48,660 nt of DNA from Candidatus Poseidoniia archaeon (lineage in GTDB: Archaea; Thermoplasmatota; Poseidoniia; MGIII; CG-Epi1): the NCBI GenBank assembly GCA_022449785.1, contig JAKURQ010000004.1:1-48660 (forward strand). Reading direction: 5' to 3'. Positions within the stretch are counted from its first letter, which is position 1. Every line of letters starts with the position of its first letter. Below the pieces are notes generated by a model, which ran no database searches, was not told where the DNA came from, and saw only the letters and a list, made by a program, of their open reading frames with translations. Shown here one piece after another: positions 36,474 through 44,242 of the stretch. The position numbers and the translations under genes are program-made.

Positions 36474-36701
36474 ATGGAAGGAATCGAAGAAAAAATTCTG
36501 GAAGCGGTAAAAGAGCTGGAAAGATGGCAAAATCGCAAAGTAAAGGTCCAAGAACGTTTAGAGAAAGATGATGCAGATGTCTCAGAATTAGACAGAATTA
36601 ATGAACAAATATCTCACTATGAAAGTTTATTGCAAGATATGAAGAAGAAAATATCATCTACAGATGTTTCAAGGACACTATTCCGTTCTAGCAATCAATA
36701 A
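36474..36701 (+). CDS. small coiled-coil protein, hypothetical
   Basis: 75 aa. Its ATG immediately follows the aCPSF1 TAA. It has heptad-like charged helical sequence. Confidence 0.45.
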   Translation: MEGIEEKILEAVKELERWQNRKVKVQERLEKDDADVSELDRINEQISHYESLLQDMKKKISSTDVSRTLFRSSNQ

Positions 36702-36732
36702 TTAATACATATACGGAATGTATATTTCAGTG

Positions 36733-36809
36733 GGTGAGGTGGCAGAGCCCGGCTATGCACACGACTGCAGATCGTGACCACGGGAGTTCGAATCTCTCCC
36801 TCACCACCA
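36733..36809 (+). tRNA. tRNA-Cys (anticodon GCA), CCA encoded
   Basis: I folded the cloverleaf manually. The acceptor stem is GGUGAGG/CCUCACC and U8 is present. The D-stem is GCA(G)/(A)UGC with GG in the loop. The anticodon stem is CACGA/UCGUG with loop CU-GCA-GA. The variable loop is 5 nt. The T-arm is GGGAG-UUCGAAU-CUCUC. The discriminator is A, followed by CCA. Confidence 0.85.
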
Positions 36810-36812
36810 TTT

Positions 36813-38480
36813 TCACATTCTTTCTGGTGCTTCAATACCGAGTATAGATAGGTTTTCATTCAAAATTTTCTTGGAACACATTACTAGATTAATTCTAAAG
36901 CCCTCATTTTGATCACCTAATACAGGGCAATCTCTGTAGAATTGGTTGAAATCAGAAGCAAGAGTATGTGCATAATTAGGAATATAGTGTATTGCCAGAT
37001 TTTCAACTGATTTCCTAACAATTTCAGGCCACTTTGATAATGTTCTCAGTAATCTTATTTCTGATTCTTCTAGTTCGCTTTCTACATCTGGTTTTGGCAG
37101 TTTTTTCTCAAAGTTTCTCAAAATCGAGGCAGCCCTTGCATGTGAGTACATTGCAAATGGTGCCGAATCACCTTGTAAATTGAGAGCTTCTTCAATATTG
37201 AAGGTAAAGCCTTTTTCAGCTTGCACTTTCAATATATTATACCTTAGCGCACCTATCCCTATTTGTTTAGCTAATTTTTCTTTATCTTCTATTTCTCCAA
37301 GCTTTTGCATAGCTAAATCAGTAATTTGCTGCATTATGTCGTCTAAGTAAACTACTCTTCCAGCCCTTGTTGACATTTTTCCACCGGGCAAGTTTACAAA
37401 AGAATAGAACAAAGTCTCAGGAATTTTACAATTTATTTCTCTTAAGGCTATTCCAAGTAATTTACTTTGTAGTTTATGGTCTTCTCCTAGAATATTTAAC
37501 GCTCTGTCATATTTTTTGAATTTTTCGATATGATATGCTATATCTCGTGTAGTGTACAAACTAAGGCCATTGTCTCTTGTAAAGAAGAATTTTTGGTTTC
37601 TTCCTGCAATATTTTCTTTTTCTAAATCTAAGTAATAAGCACCTTTCTCCTCACTACACAGGTCACTTTTCTTCAACTGGTCAATTACAATATTAACTTT
37701 GCCAGTTGCAATCAAATCAGATTCATGGTAGTAATTATCAGCTTCAGCTCCTAATTCCCTTAGCGATACTTTCATTCCTTCTAACATTTTCTCTGCTGCT
37801 GTTTTTACTTCATTTAGAGCCTCTTTATTTCCACTCTCAATAAGTTCCATTTTCTCATAAATTTGATTTCTTACACTTTCATCATTCTTTAGACTATCAG
37901 ATGCACTACGATAATATTCCACTAAGGCATGGTCAATTTTTTTCTCTTCACCTTCGCGATATTCAGCTATACCATGTGCTAGCGTAGCAGCCTGTCTACC
38001 AGTATCATTTACATAATATTCAGTACTTACATTGTGTCCATAATATCCTAAGAGCCGAGCAATACTATCACCAATAATAGGGTTCCTTGCTCTACCCATG
38101 TGGAATGGCCCTGTAGGGTTTGCTGAGGTGTGTTCAATTAGTATGTTTTTTGGTTCAATATCTCCCTTACCATAATTGCTTTTACTTATTTCATCTATAA
38201 AATCCACACAAATTTTGTTCCAATCAATACTGACATTACAATATCCATTTTCATTCTTTGCTGAGATTATCCAATCGTTTTCTTGGATTTCTTTTCCAAT
38301 TTCTTCTGAAATATCATTAGGATTTCTTTTCAGAGACTTTGCAGCTGGAAAACAGATTAATGCAAAGTCACCAAAAGGCGGATTTCGATCTACAGGTAAT
38401 TCAGGAAAACCTTTACTTTTAACAAGGTTGGATATGTCATGGACAATGCCATCAATTTTGTCGACTACCCTTTGGCTCAC
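36813..38480 (-). CDS. argS: arginyl-tRNA synthetase
   Basis: 555 aa. It has the class I motif HTSANPTGPFHMGRARN and the DALR-type anticodon-binding C-terminus ending in M. Confidence 0.93.
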   Translation of the reverse strand: MSQRVVDKIDGIVHDISNLVKSKGFPELPVDRNPPFGDFALICFPAAKSLKRNPNDISEEIGKEIQENDWIISAKNENGYCNVSIDWNKICVDFIDEISKSNYGKGDIEPKNILIEHTSANPTGPFHMGRARNPIIGDSIARLLGYYGHNVSTEYYVNDTGRQAATLAHGIAEYREGEEKKIDHALVEYYRSASDSLKNDESVRNQIYEKMELIESGNKEALNEVKTAAEKMLEGMKVSLRELGAEADNYYHESDLIATGKVNIVIDQLKKSDLCSEEKGAYYLDLEKENIAGRNQKFFFTRDNGLSLYTTRDIAYHIEKFKKYDRALNILGEDHKLQSKLLGIALREINCKIPETLFYSFVNLPGGKMSTRAGRVVYLDDIMQQITDLAMQKLGEIEDKEKLAKQIGIGALRYNILKVQAEKGFTFNIEEALNLQGDSAPFAMYSHARAASILRNFEKKLPKPDVESELEESEIRLLRTLSKWPEIVRKSVENLAIHYIPNYAHTLASDFNQFYRDCPVLGDQNEGFRINLVMCSKKILNENLSILGIEAPERM

Positions 38481-38510
38481 AATTGTGTTGTACTGAAAGG
38501 GGGTATAAGG

Positions 38511-39269
38511 TTAACCAATATATCTTGGAACTGCTGAAGAAACTTCAGGGGGTGCTTGTTCTCTTACAACTTGAACTTCTTGTTCTAAGCTCTCAGCTTC
38601 TTTCAATAAAGGCTCTATATCTAATTCAATTGCAAGCAATAATTCATCTATTGCCTTTATTACTCCTGCAGCAGCCCTTGCATCAGGACTGTCTTCACTT
38701 ACCTCTGCTAAAAGTCCAAGGATATTCATGCCCCTAAGTTTCCCTTCATTCAGTAAGGATCCTGTAATTCCACCTACGGTACCATAAGTGAAAGGTTTCA
38801 CTTTAGCTTCTTCAATCCAGCTCCTTGCACCAGCAGTAGACGTAATTCCGTAAATATCGTTACTTTCCCCTTCGTCTTTGGGACCAGAATTGAAACCTTC
38901 AGCAGAAATTACTTTGGTACATCCATTTTTTCCAGCCCAATCCACTAAAGATTCTACTAAGTCTTTAGTCATCTCAGCAGGCGGAGTAAATTCACTTACA
39001 CAAACAACTACTTGATTGCAGGTTCCATCATTACATATTTGTTCTCCTGCATAGAGCCTCATAGGGTTGTGAGGTTCGCCATCTTTCACTACTGAAATTG
39101 CAGGAAATCGAGAACTATCAATGACTCCTGTTTGTTCCAATTTGAGTGTGTTTATCAGAAAATTTGCAACTATAGTTCCTACTAAACCAATACTTGGGAA
39201 ACCAACAATTAGTACAGCACCTTTAAGTTTCTGTTTACTAATTTCGTGTATTTTTATTGAATCACTCAT
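38511..39269 (-). CDS. PAC2-family proteasome assembly chaperone-like protein
   Basis: 252 aa. It has GAVLIVGFPSIGLVGTIVANFLI and an overall pattern typical of archaeal PAC2 (COG1938-like) proteins. The C-terminus is ...PRYIG. Confidence 0.75.
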   Translation of the reverse strand: MSDSIKIHEISKQKLKGAVLIVGFPSIGLVGTIVANFLINTLKLEQTGVIDSSRFPAISVVKDGEPHNPMRLYAGEQICNDGTCNQVVVCVSEFTPPAEMTKDLVESLVDWAGKNGCTKVISAEGFNSGPKDEGESNDIYGITSTAGARSWIEEAKVKPFTYGTVGGITGSLLNEGKLRGMNILGLLAEVSEDSPDARAAAGVIKAIDELLLAIELDIEPLLKEAESLEQEVQVVREQAPPEVSSAVPRYIG

Positions 39270-39613
39270 AAGAGTTCATCAAGGTCAGCATCCTCATCTA
39301 AATCAGGAAGGTCAGCATCATCATCTAGAAGGTCACCTAAGTCATCATCTAAATCATCATCAGAGTCACTGAAATCTTCTTTGAGAGAATCGCCACCGCC
39401 TCCTCCAACAACTTTTAGTCTTGTCCATAGTGAGAAATCATCAATATCGCTTCTATTTGCAAAGCGTTTAGCATCACTTACAGTACGAAATTTTCCTAGT
39501 ACGGGATCTCCCTCACCAGGTTCTGCGGGCAGCATAATGTACCTCTCTTTGTTAACGATATCTCCGACAAGAAGTCGCACAGCTTTCAGCACATCTGGGT
39601 TAGATTCAGACAT
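39266..39613 (-). CDS. hypothetical protein with poly-acidic C-terminal tail
   Basis: 115 aa from the internal ATG (MSESNP...), which has GGAG about 8 nt upstream. The track start at 39643 adds 10 codons. It has a Gly5 linker followed by about 40 residues that are almost entirely D/E/L. It overlaps the PAC2 gene by 4 nt. Confidence 0.6.
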   Translation of the reverse strand: MSESNPDVLKAVRLLVGDIVNKERYIMLPAEPGEGDPVLGKFRTVSDAKRFANRSDIDDFSLWTRLKVVGGGGGDSLKEDFSDSDDDLDDDLGDLLDDDADLPDLDEDADLDELL

Positions 39614-39711
39614 TTTTAACTCCAACGTGCTATCTGGCCTCATTTAAATAATTTTATGGTAGGTTGTTGAGAAACCAAAGCAGTTAACTACTACCTCGTT
39701 TCCATGCAAAT

Positions 39712-40734
39712 ATGGATGCAGGTAAATCCCGCGTGCTGAGGGGAGTCGCTGAGTGCGTAACTGAGGAAGAATTAGACAATTTACTTTCTTCTAAAAAAAA
39801 TCCTAGAGCCTATATTGGTTTTGAACCTTCTGGACTTTTGCATGCTGGATCATTAGTTCCTATGTTGAAGTGTAGAGATTTGGTGGAATCTGGATTTGAA
39901 GTGATTATTCTTTTGGCAGATTGGCATGGTTATATCAATGATAAATTGGGAGGAAATTGGGATAATTTGAAAGCAGGTGTAGATTACCAAAGACAAATGT
40001 TTTCGGTATTTTGCCCTGGCGTCAATTTCAGAACTGCAAGTGAGTTAGTTGAACAAGAAGGATACTGGGAAATGGTTCTTCGAGTGTCCAAAGCAAGTAG
40101 TCTCAAAAGGATGCGTAGAGCGTTATCAATAATGGGAAGAGATGAGAAAGATGGGGATAGAGACATGTCTAAATTTTTCTATCCTGCCATGCAGGCTACG
40201 GATATTTATGCACTAGACGTAGATTTAGCACTTGGAGGTCTGGATCAACGTCATGCACACATGTTAGCAAGAGATGCGGCAGATAAGTTGAAACTTCCAA
40301 AGCCAGTGGCATTGCATACTCCACTTTTGGGTTCCTTATCAGGTCCTGGGCGAATGGATACCGATGCCAAGATGTCTAAATCAAATCCATCAGGAACATT
40401 ATTAGTTCACGATAATAAAAAGGTTCTAACTAAAAAATTGTCAAAGGCATATTGTCCATTAGAGAGAGAAGGCAATCCAGTTCTTGATATTTGGCAGCAC
40501 TTACTTGAGCCTGCATTAGGCAAAATTGTAATCGAAAGACCTGAGAAATTTGGCGGTAATTTAGAGTTTAATTCTTATTCTGACTTAGAAGAGTCTTACC
40601 TTTCAGGTTCATTACATCCATTGGATTTGAAAAATGGAACAGCAGCAGCCCTTTTCCAAGTAGTCAAACCAATGCAGGATGCATGTGAACAAAATTCAGA
40701 GTATTATGATACGCTGGTATCAGCAATGAATTAA
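39712..40734 (+). CDS. tyrS: tyrosyl-tRNA synthetase (archaeal type)
   Basis: 340 aa. It has AYIGFEPSGLLHAGS, KMSKS, and RPEKFGGNLEFNSYSDLE...LHPLDLKN. These match archaeal TyrRS closely, by comparison with my recollection of the M. jannaschii TyrRS sequence. Confidence 0.92.
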   Translation: MDAGKSRVLRGVAECVTEEELDNLLSSKKNPRAYIGFEPSGLLHAGSLVPMLKCRDLVESGFEVIILLADWHGYINDKLGGNWDNLKAGVDYQRQMFSVFCPGVNFRTASELVEQEGYWEMVLRVSKASSLKRMRRALSIMGRDEKDGDRDMSKFFYPAMQATDIYALDVDLALGGLDQRHAHMLARDAADKLKLPKPVALHTPLLGSLSGPGRMDTDAKMSKSNPSGTLLVHDNKKVLTKKLSKAYCPLEREGNPVLDIWQHLLEPALGKIVIERPEKFGGNLEFNSYSDLEESYLSGSLHPLDLKNGTAAALFQVVKPMQDACEQNSEYYDTLVSAMN

Positions 40735-41082
40735 TTTTGGAGGTTTTTTTTCCACTATATTAGTTATTTCTCCAAAAGGAGGGACGACTGAAATCATATC
40801 TTTAATCCAATTTTTCATTTCTTTAAGGTCAATTCTTCTGTAGTTATCTGGAAAAGTCTGCAATAATTCGGGTAATTGTCTCATTAGCCTTTGTGCAGCA
40901 CGCAGGTTTCCTGTTTCAATGTGTACTGCTAATGCGTCTGCTTGTGCTAGTGTTTGCACGGTATCTTTTTCAGTTCTATTATCTAATTCTAGCCACAAAT
41001 CTTCAAAAAGTTCATGTGCTTCATGATAATCTTCCCTATTGTGTTCATCTATAGCTTTCTGCCACAATTCGTCTGTATTCAT
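40720..41082 (-). CDS. DUF309-like helical protein
   Basis: The start is placed at the internal ATG (MNTDELWQKAIDEHNREDYHEAHELFEDLW...), which overlaps the upstream gene's TAA by 1 nt. The YxEAHExxExxW motif is typical of DUF309. The track's Cys/Trp-rich N-terminal extension overlaps the upstream CDS. Confidence 0.7.
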   Translation of the reverse strand: MNTDELWQKAIDEHNREDYHEAHELFEDLWLELDNRTEKDTVQTLAQADALAVHIETGNLRAAQRLMRQLPELLQTFPDNYRRIDLKEMKNWIKDMISVVPPFGEITNIVEKKPPKLIHC

Positions 41083-41549
41083 TAATGCCAGCGATGATAT
41101 GCAGGGTGCCCTTCTTTGACAGCAATAAATAAACCACGGCCAGTTGCACATGTTTTTCCATTAGCTTTCAATTCAATTATGACTTCAGCTCTGTCCTCTT
41201 GCAATGCCAAAACTCTACTTTTTATCTTTAGTTTAGGGCCAAATGGTGTTGGTCTCTTCAATTTTACTTCATACTGGGCAGTTACAGTACATTGAGGTTC
41301 ATCAAGTCCATTTTTATCCATAATTGCAATTGCAGCAGTCCAATTACCATGACAATCAATCAATGATCCAATAACTCCTCCATTGATAACTCCAGGAAAG
41401 GCCTGATGTTTTTCTTCACATTCAAATTCCATTTCTAATCCATCATTCGTTCTGTATGATTTTATTTGCAACCCATCTTTATTAGAGGGGCCACACCCAA
41501 AGCAAATAGAGTTTGGTGCAAATTCATCTTGTACTGCTTTCTTGCTCAT
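41082..41549 (-). CDS. PaaI/4HBT-family hotdog-fold thioesterase
   Basis: 155 aa. It has an N-terminal CFGCGP zinc-knuckle-like segment and GVINGGVIGSLIDCHG, typical of PaaI-type thioesterases. It overlaps pepF by 4 nt. Confidence 0.78.
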   Translation of the reverse strand: MSKKAVQDEFAPNSICFGCGPSNKDGLQIKSYRTNDGLEMEFECEEKHQAFPGVINGGVIGSLIDCHGNWTAAIAIMDKNGLDEPQCTVTAQYEVKLKRPTPFGPKLKIKSRVLALQEDRAEVIIELKANGKTCATGRGLFIAVKEGHPAYHRWH

Positions 41550-43252
41550 TGATTCATTTCCTTTATTTGGCTATCAACCAAATTTACCGCATAAGTTAAC
41601 ATATCTTCATCAAATGCAAATTTAGCTCCTGCAGATTCAAACAATTCAGGTAATGTTGCATTTCCTCCTTTACTAAGTGCATACCTATACTTTTCTACAG
41701 CCTCTTTCTGATTATTTAGTGCATTTCCCCAAACTTGTATGGCTCCTAATTGAGCCATTCCATATTCTACATAGTAAAATGGGACATGATATATGTGTAA
41801 TTTGTTATGCCAGCCAGTTGCTATTACATCTTCAAATTCACTAGAATCTAAATCATCAAAAGTTTGGAATCGCTTCCAAAGCCGAGTCCATTCTGCATCA
41901 CAATTCTTAGGATCCATAGCCTCTTCTGGGTTTGTGTATGCCCAATGTTGGAATCCATCTACTACTGCCATGTAAGGCCAAAACATTATCGTTTTCTCTA
42001 AATGTTCTATCCTTGCACGATTTGCATCGTCAGAATTGTAAAATCCACCATGTTCTTTTGTAATATAAGGAGCAGCCAATAATTCCATTGACATGGATGC
42101 TACTTCAGCGAATTCCATACCTACCTCTCTCTGAGACGAATAAGGGAGTTGATCTGATTCAAATACATGAAATGCATGCCCTCCTTCATGAAGCATAGTT
42201 TGTACATCACTGTGTGTCCCTACAGCATTCATAAAAATGAAAGGAAGTCTGCGGTAATAATATTCGGTGCAATAACCTCCAGGAGCTTTTCCTTTCCTAT
42301 TCGCAAGATCAAGTAATTTTTGTTCTCTCATTATGCTGAAATGTTTTCCTAAATCATTGTCTACGGCATTGAAAATATTGTGGCATTTTTCCTCTAGTTC
42401 AGCAGCATCTTCAAAGGGCGTTAAAGGATCTCGATTGAATGTGTCAACACTCAAATCCCATGGTTTTAGAACATCTAAACCTAATTGCTCTTTACGTTCT
42501 TTAATTAGCTTGTTAACAAATGGTTTTACTACTTTTTCAATTCCCGAGTGAAAATTCAGACAATCTTCAGGTGTGTAGTCAAATCTTTTGAGATATTCCC
42601 ATCTCCATGACCTATAATTATCATAACCTGCATTTTTTGCAATCTGAATTCTTATCTCTAGTATTTTTTGCCATATTTTGTTAATCCCTTCTCTATCTTT
42701 CAATCTTCTTTCAGCAGCTAGTCTCCATGCCTTTTCTCGCCTTTCTCTGTCTGTTTCTAAAAGTACAGGTGATAGTTGAGTAATGGTGACTTCTTTATCT
42801 TCCCATTCAACAGTCTGAGCACCAATAATGGCATCATATTCCTTTGAAAGTTTACTGTCTTTTGTCATTAAAGGCAAGTTTTCTTCGCAAAATAGCTCAA
42901 CTTCACTTTTGATTGAACGGAGCGGTATGTCAAAATTATCTGGTGTACAACCTGATTCAAGTAATTTTTTCTTTAGTGCTTGATTCTTAGTGCTAGCATT
43001 TTCACTTATATCTTCTAAGAATGTATGGAATCTTTTCTTTGCTTCTTCATCAGTGGTATCTACAGTCGTAGAGACATAGACATCAGTACCTACTTCTCCG
43101 ATCAATTCGCTAAAATCAGACCAATATTTCATCCATGAATTTATATTTGCTGGATTAATTTCTTGTTCTAGCAAATGTTCAAAGAATGGTTCATAATCAT
43201 CCCATTTCCAATCTTGCATTTCCTTGCTGGTCTTAGGTAGGTCTAGAGACAT
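41546..43252 (-). CDS. pepF: M3B-family oligoendopeptidase F
   Basis: 568 aa. It has the zinc site HEGGHAFH with a downstream E (EFAEVASM). The length and overall pattern fit PepF. Confidence 0.9.
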   Translation of the reverse strand: MSLDLPKTSKEMQDWKWDDYEPFFEHLLEQEINPANINSWMKYWSDFSELIGEVGTDVYVSTTVDTTDEEAKKRFHTFLEDISENASTKNQALKKKLLESGCTPDNFDIPLRSIKSEVELFCEENLPLMTKDSKLSKEYDAIIGAQTVEWEDKEVTITQLSPVLLETDRERREKAWRLAAERRLKDREGINKIWQKILEIRIQIAKNAGYDNYRSWRWEYLKRFDYTPEDCLNFHSGIEKVVKPFVNKLIKERKEQLGLDVLKPWDLSVDTFNRDPLTPFEDAAELEEKCHNIFNAVDNDLGKHFSIMREQKLLDLANRKGKAPGGYCTEYYYRRLPFIFMNAVGTHSDVQTMLHEGGHAFHVFESDQLPYSSQREVGMEFAEVASMSMELLAAPYITKEHGGFYNSDDANRARIEHLEKTIMFWPYMAVVDGFQHWAYTNPEEAMDPKNCDAEWTRLWKRFQTFDDLDSSEFEDVIATGWHNKLHIYHVPFYYVEYGMAQLGAIQVWGNALNNQKEAVEKYRYALSKGGNATLPELFESAGAKFAFDEDMLTYAVNLVDSQIKEMNQ

Positions 43253-43300
43253 CTTATACCATAAGCGGTGGCTATATTTTAGTCACTTTAATGGAGTATT

Positions 43301-44242
43301 ATGATTGAAGGAAGTATTCCTGTCGTTGATTTGAAAGATTTTTTCTCAGAGCATAAGAAGAAATCATTCATTAAGGAGGTAGGAAATGCACTAGAAAACA
43401 TAGGTTTTTTTGCAGTCAAGAATCACAGTATATCTGAAGATTTACTAAACAAGGTCTATACTTCCTCCACAAAATTCTTCAACCTTTCTGATGATGTCAA
43501 GATGAAGTATGAGAAACCTGAAATCCTACGACAGAGAGGTTACACTAGTTTTGGGCAGGAGCATGCCAAGGGCAGCAATTCACCAGATTTGAAAGAATTT
43601 TATATGGTTGCAAATCAAGAAGTAGGAGGTAAATCTCCGTTTGGACCAAACATATGGCCTGATGAAGTTCCTGAGTTAAAAGAAGATTCATTAAAAATGT
43701 ACAGTCATTTAGAAAAATTAAGTGATATTTTGCTAGAATGTTGTGCAGAATACATAGGTGCTAAATCAGATTTTTTTACATCCATGTCAAAGGACAGTGA
43801 CACTATTCTAAGAATAATACATTATCCACCTATAGGGCCCGACGTTCCTGCAGGTAGTATTCGTTCAGGGGCACATGAAGATATTAACTTGATAACTTTA
43901 CTTTGTAGTTCTACTGCAAGAGGTTTAGAATTGTTGCAGAGGAATGGTGAATGGTTATCTGTCGAAACAGGTAGTGAATATGTAATTGTTGATTCTGGAG
44001 ATATGATACAAAACATAACCAATGGTTTGTTTAGAAGTACCACACACCGTGTTGTTAATCCTCCTGAGATTAAAGAAAGACGTTTTTCGGTTCCATTTTT
44101 TGTTCATCCACGCAAAGAAATAGATTTGTCACCTATTGATTCTTGTATTTCAAAAACTGGAGGTTCTGCAAAGTATCCTAATATTACAGCAGGCGAGTAT
44201 CTAACTAAACGGTTAGAAGAGATAGGTGTAGGAAAAACTTAA
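43301..44242 (+). CDS. 2-oxoglutarate/Fe(II)-dependent oxygenase (isopenicillin N synthase-like family)
   Basis: 313 aa. It has the N-terminal IPVVDL, the facial triad HxD...H (HEDINLITLL, THRVVNP), and RFSVPFF. Confidence 0.85.
   Translation: MIEGSIPVVDLKDFFSEHKKKSFIKEVGNALENIGFFAVKNHSISEDLLNKVYTSSTKFFNLSDDVKMKYEKPEILRQRGYTSFGQEHAKGSNSPDLKEFYMVANQEVGGKSPFGPNIWPDEVPELKEDSLKMYSHLEKLSDILLECCAEYIGAKSDFFTSMSKDSDTILRIIHYPPIGPDVPAGSIRSGAHEDINLITLLCSSTARGLELLQRNGEWLSVETGSEYVIVDSGDMIQNITNGLFRSTTHRVVNPPEIKERRFSVPFFVHPRKEIDLSPIDSCISKTGGSAKYPNITAGEYLTKRLEEIGVGKT

Noticed and set aside
40720-41151. Full-length 143-aa version of the DUF309-like ORF.
   Set aside because: The first 23 codons (Cys/Trp-rich) overlap the end of the thioesterase CDS. 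The internal ATG at 41082 overlaps that gene's TAA by 1 nt and starts exactly at the conserved region.
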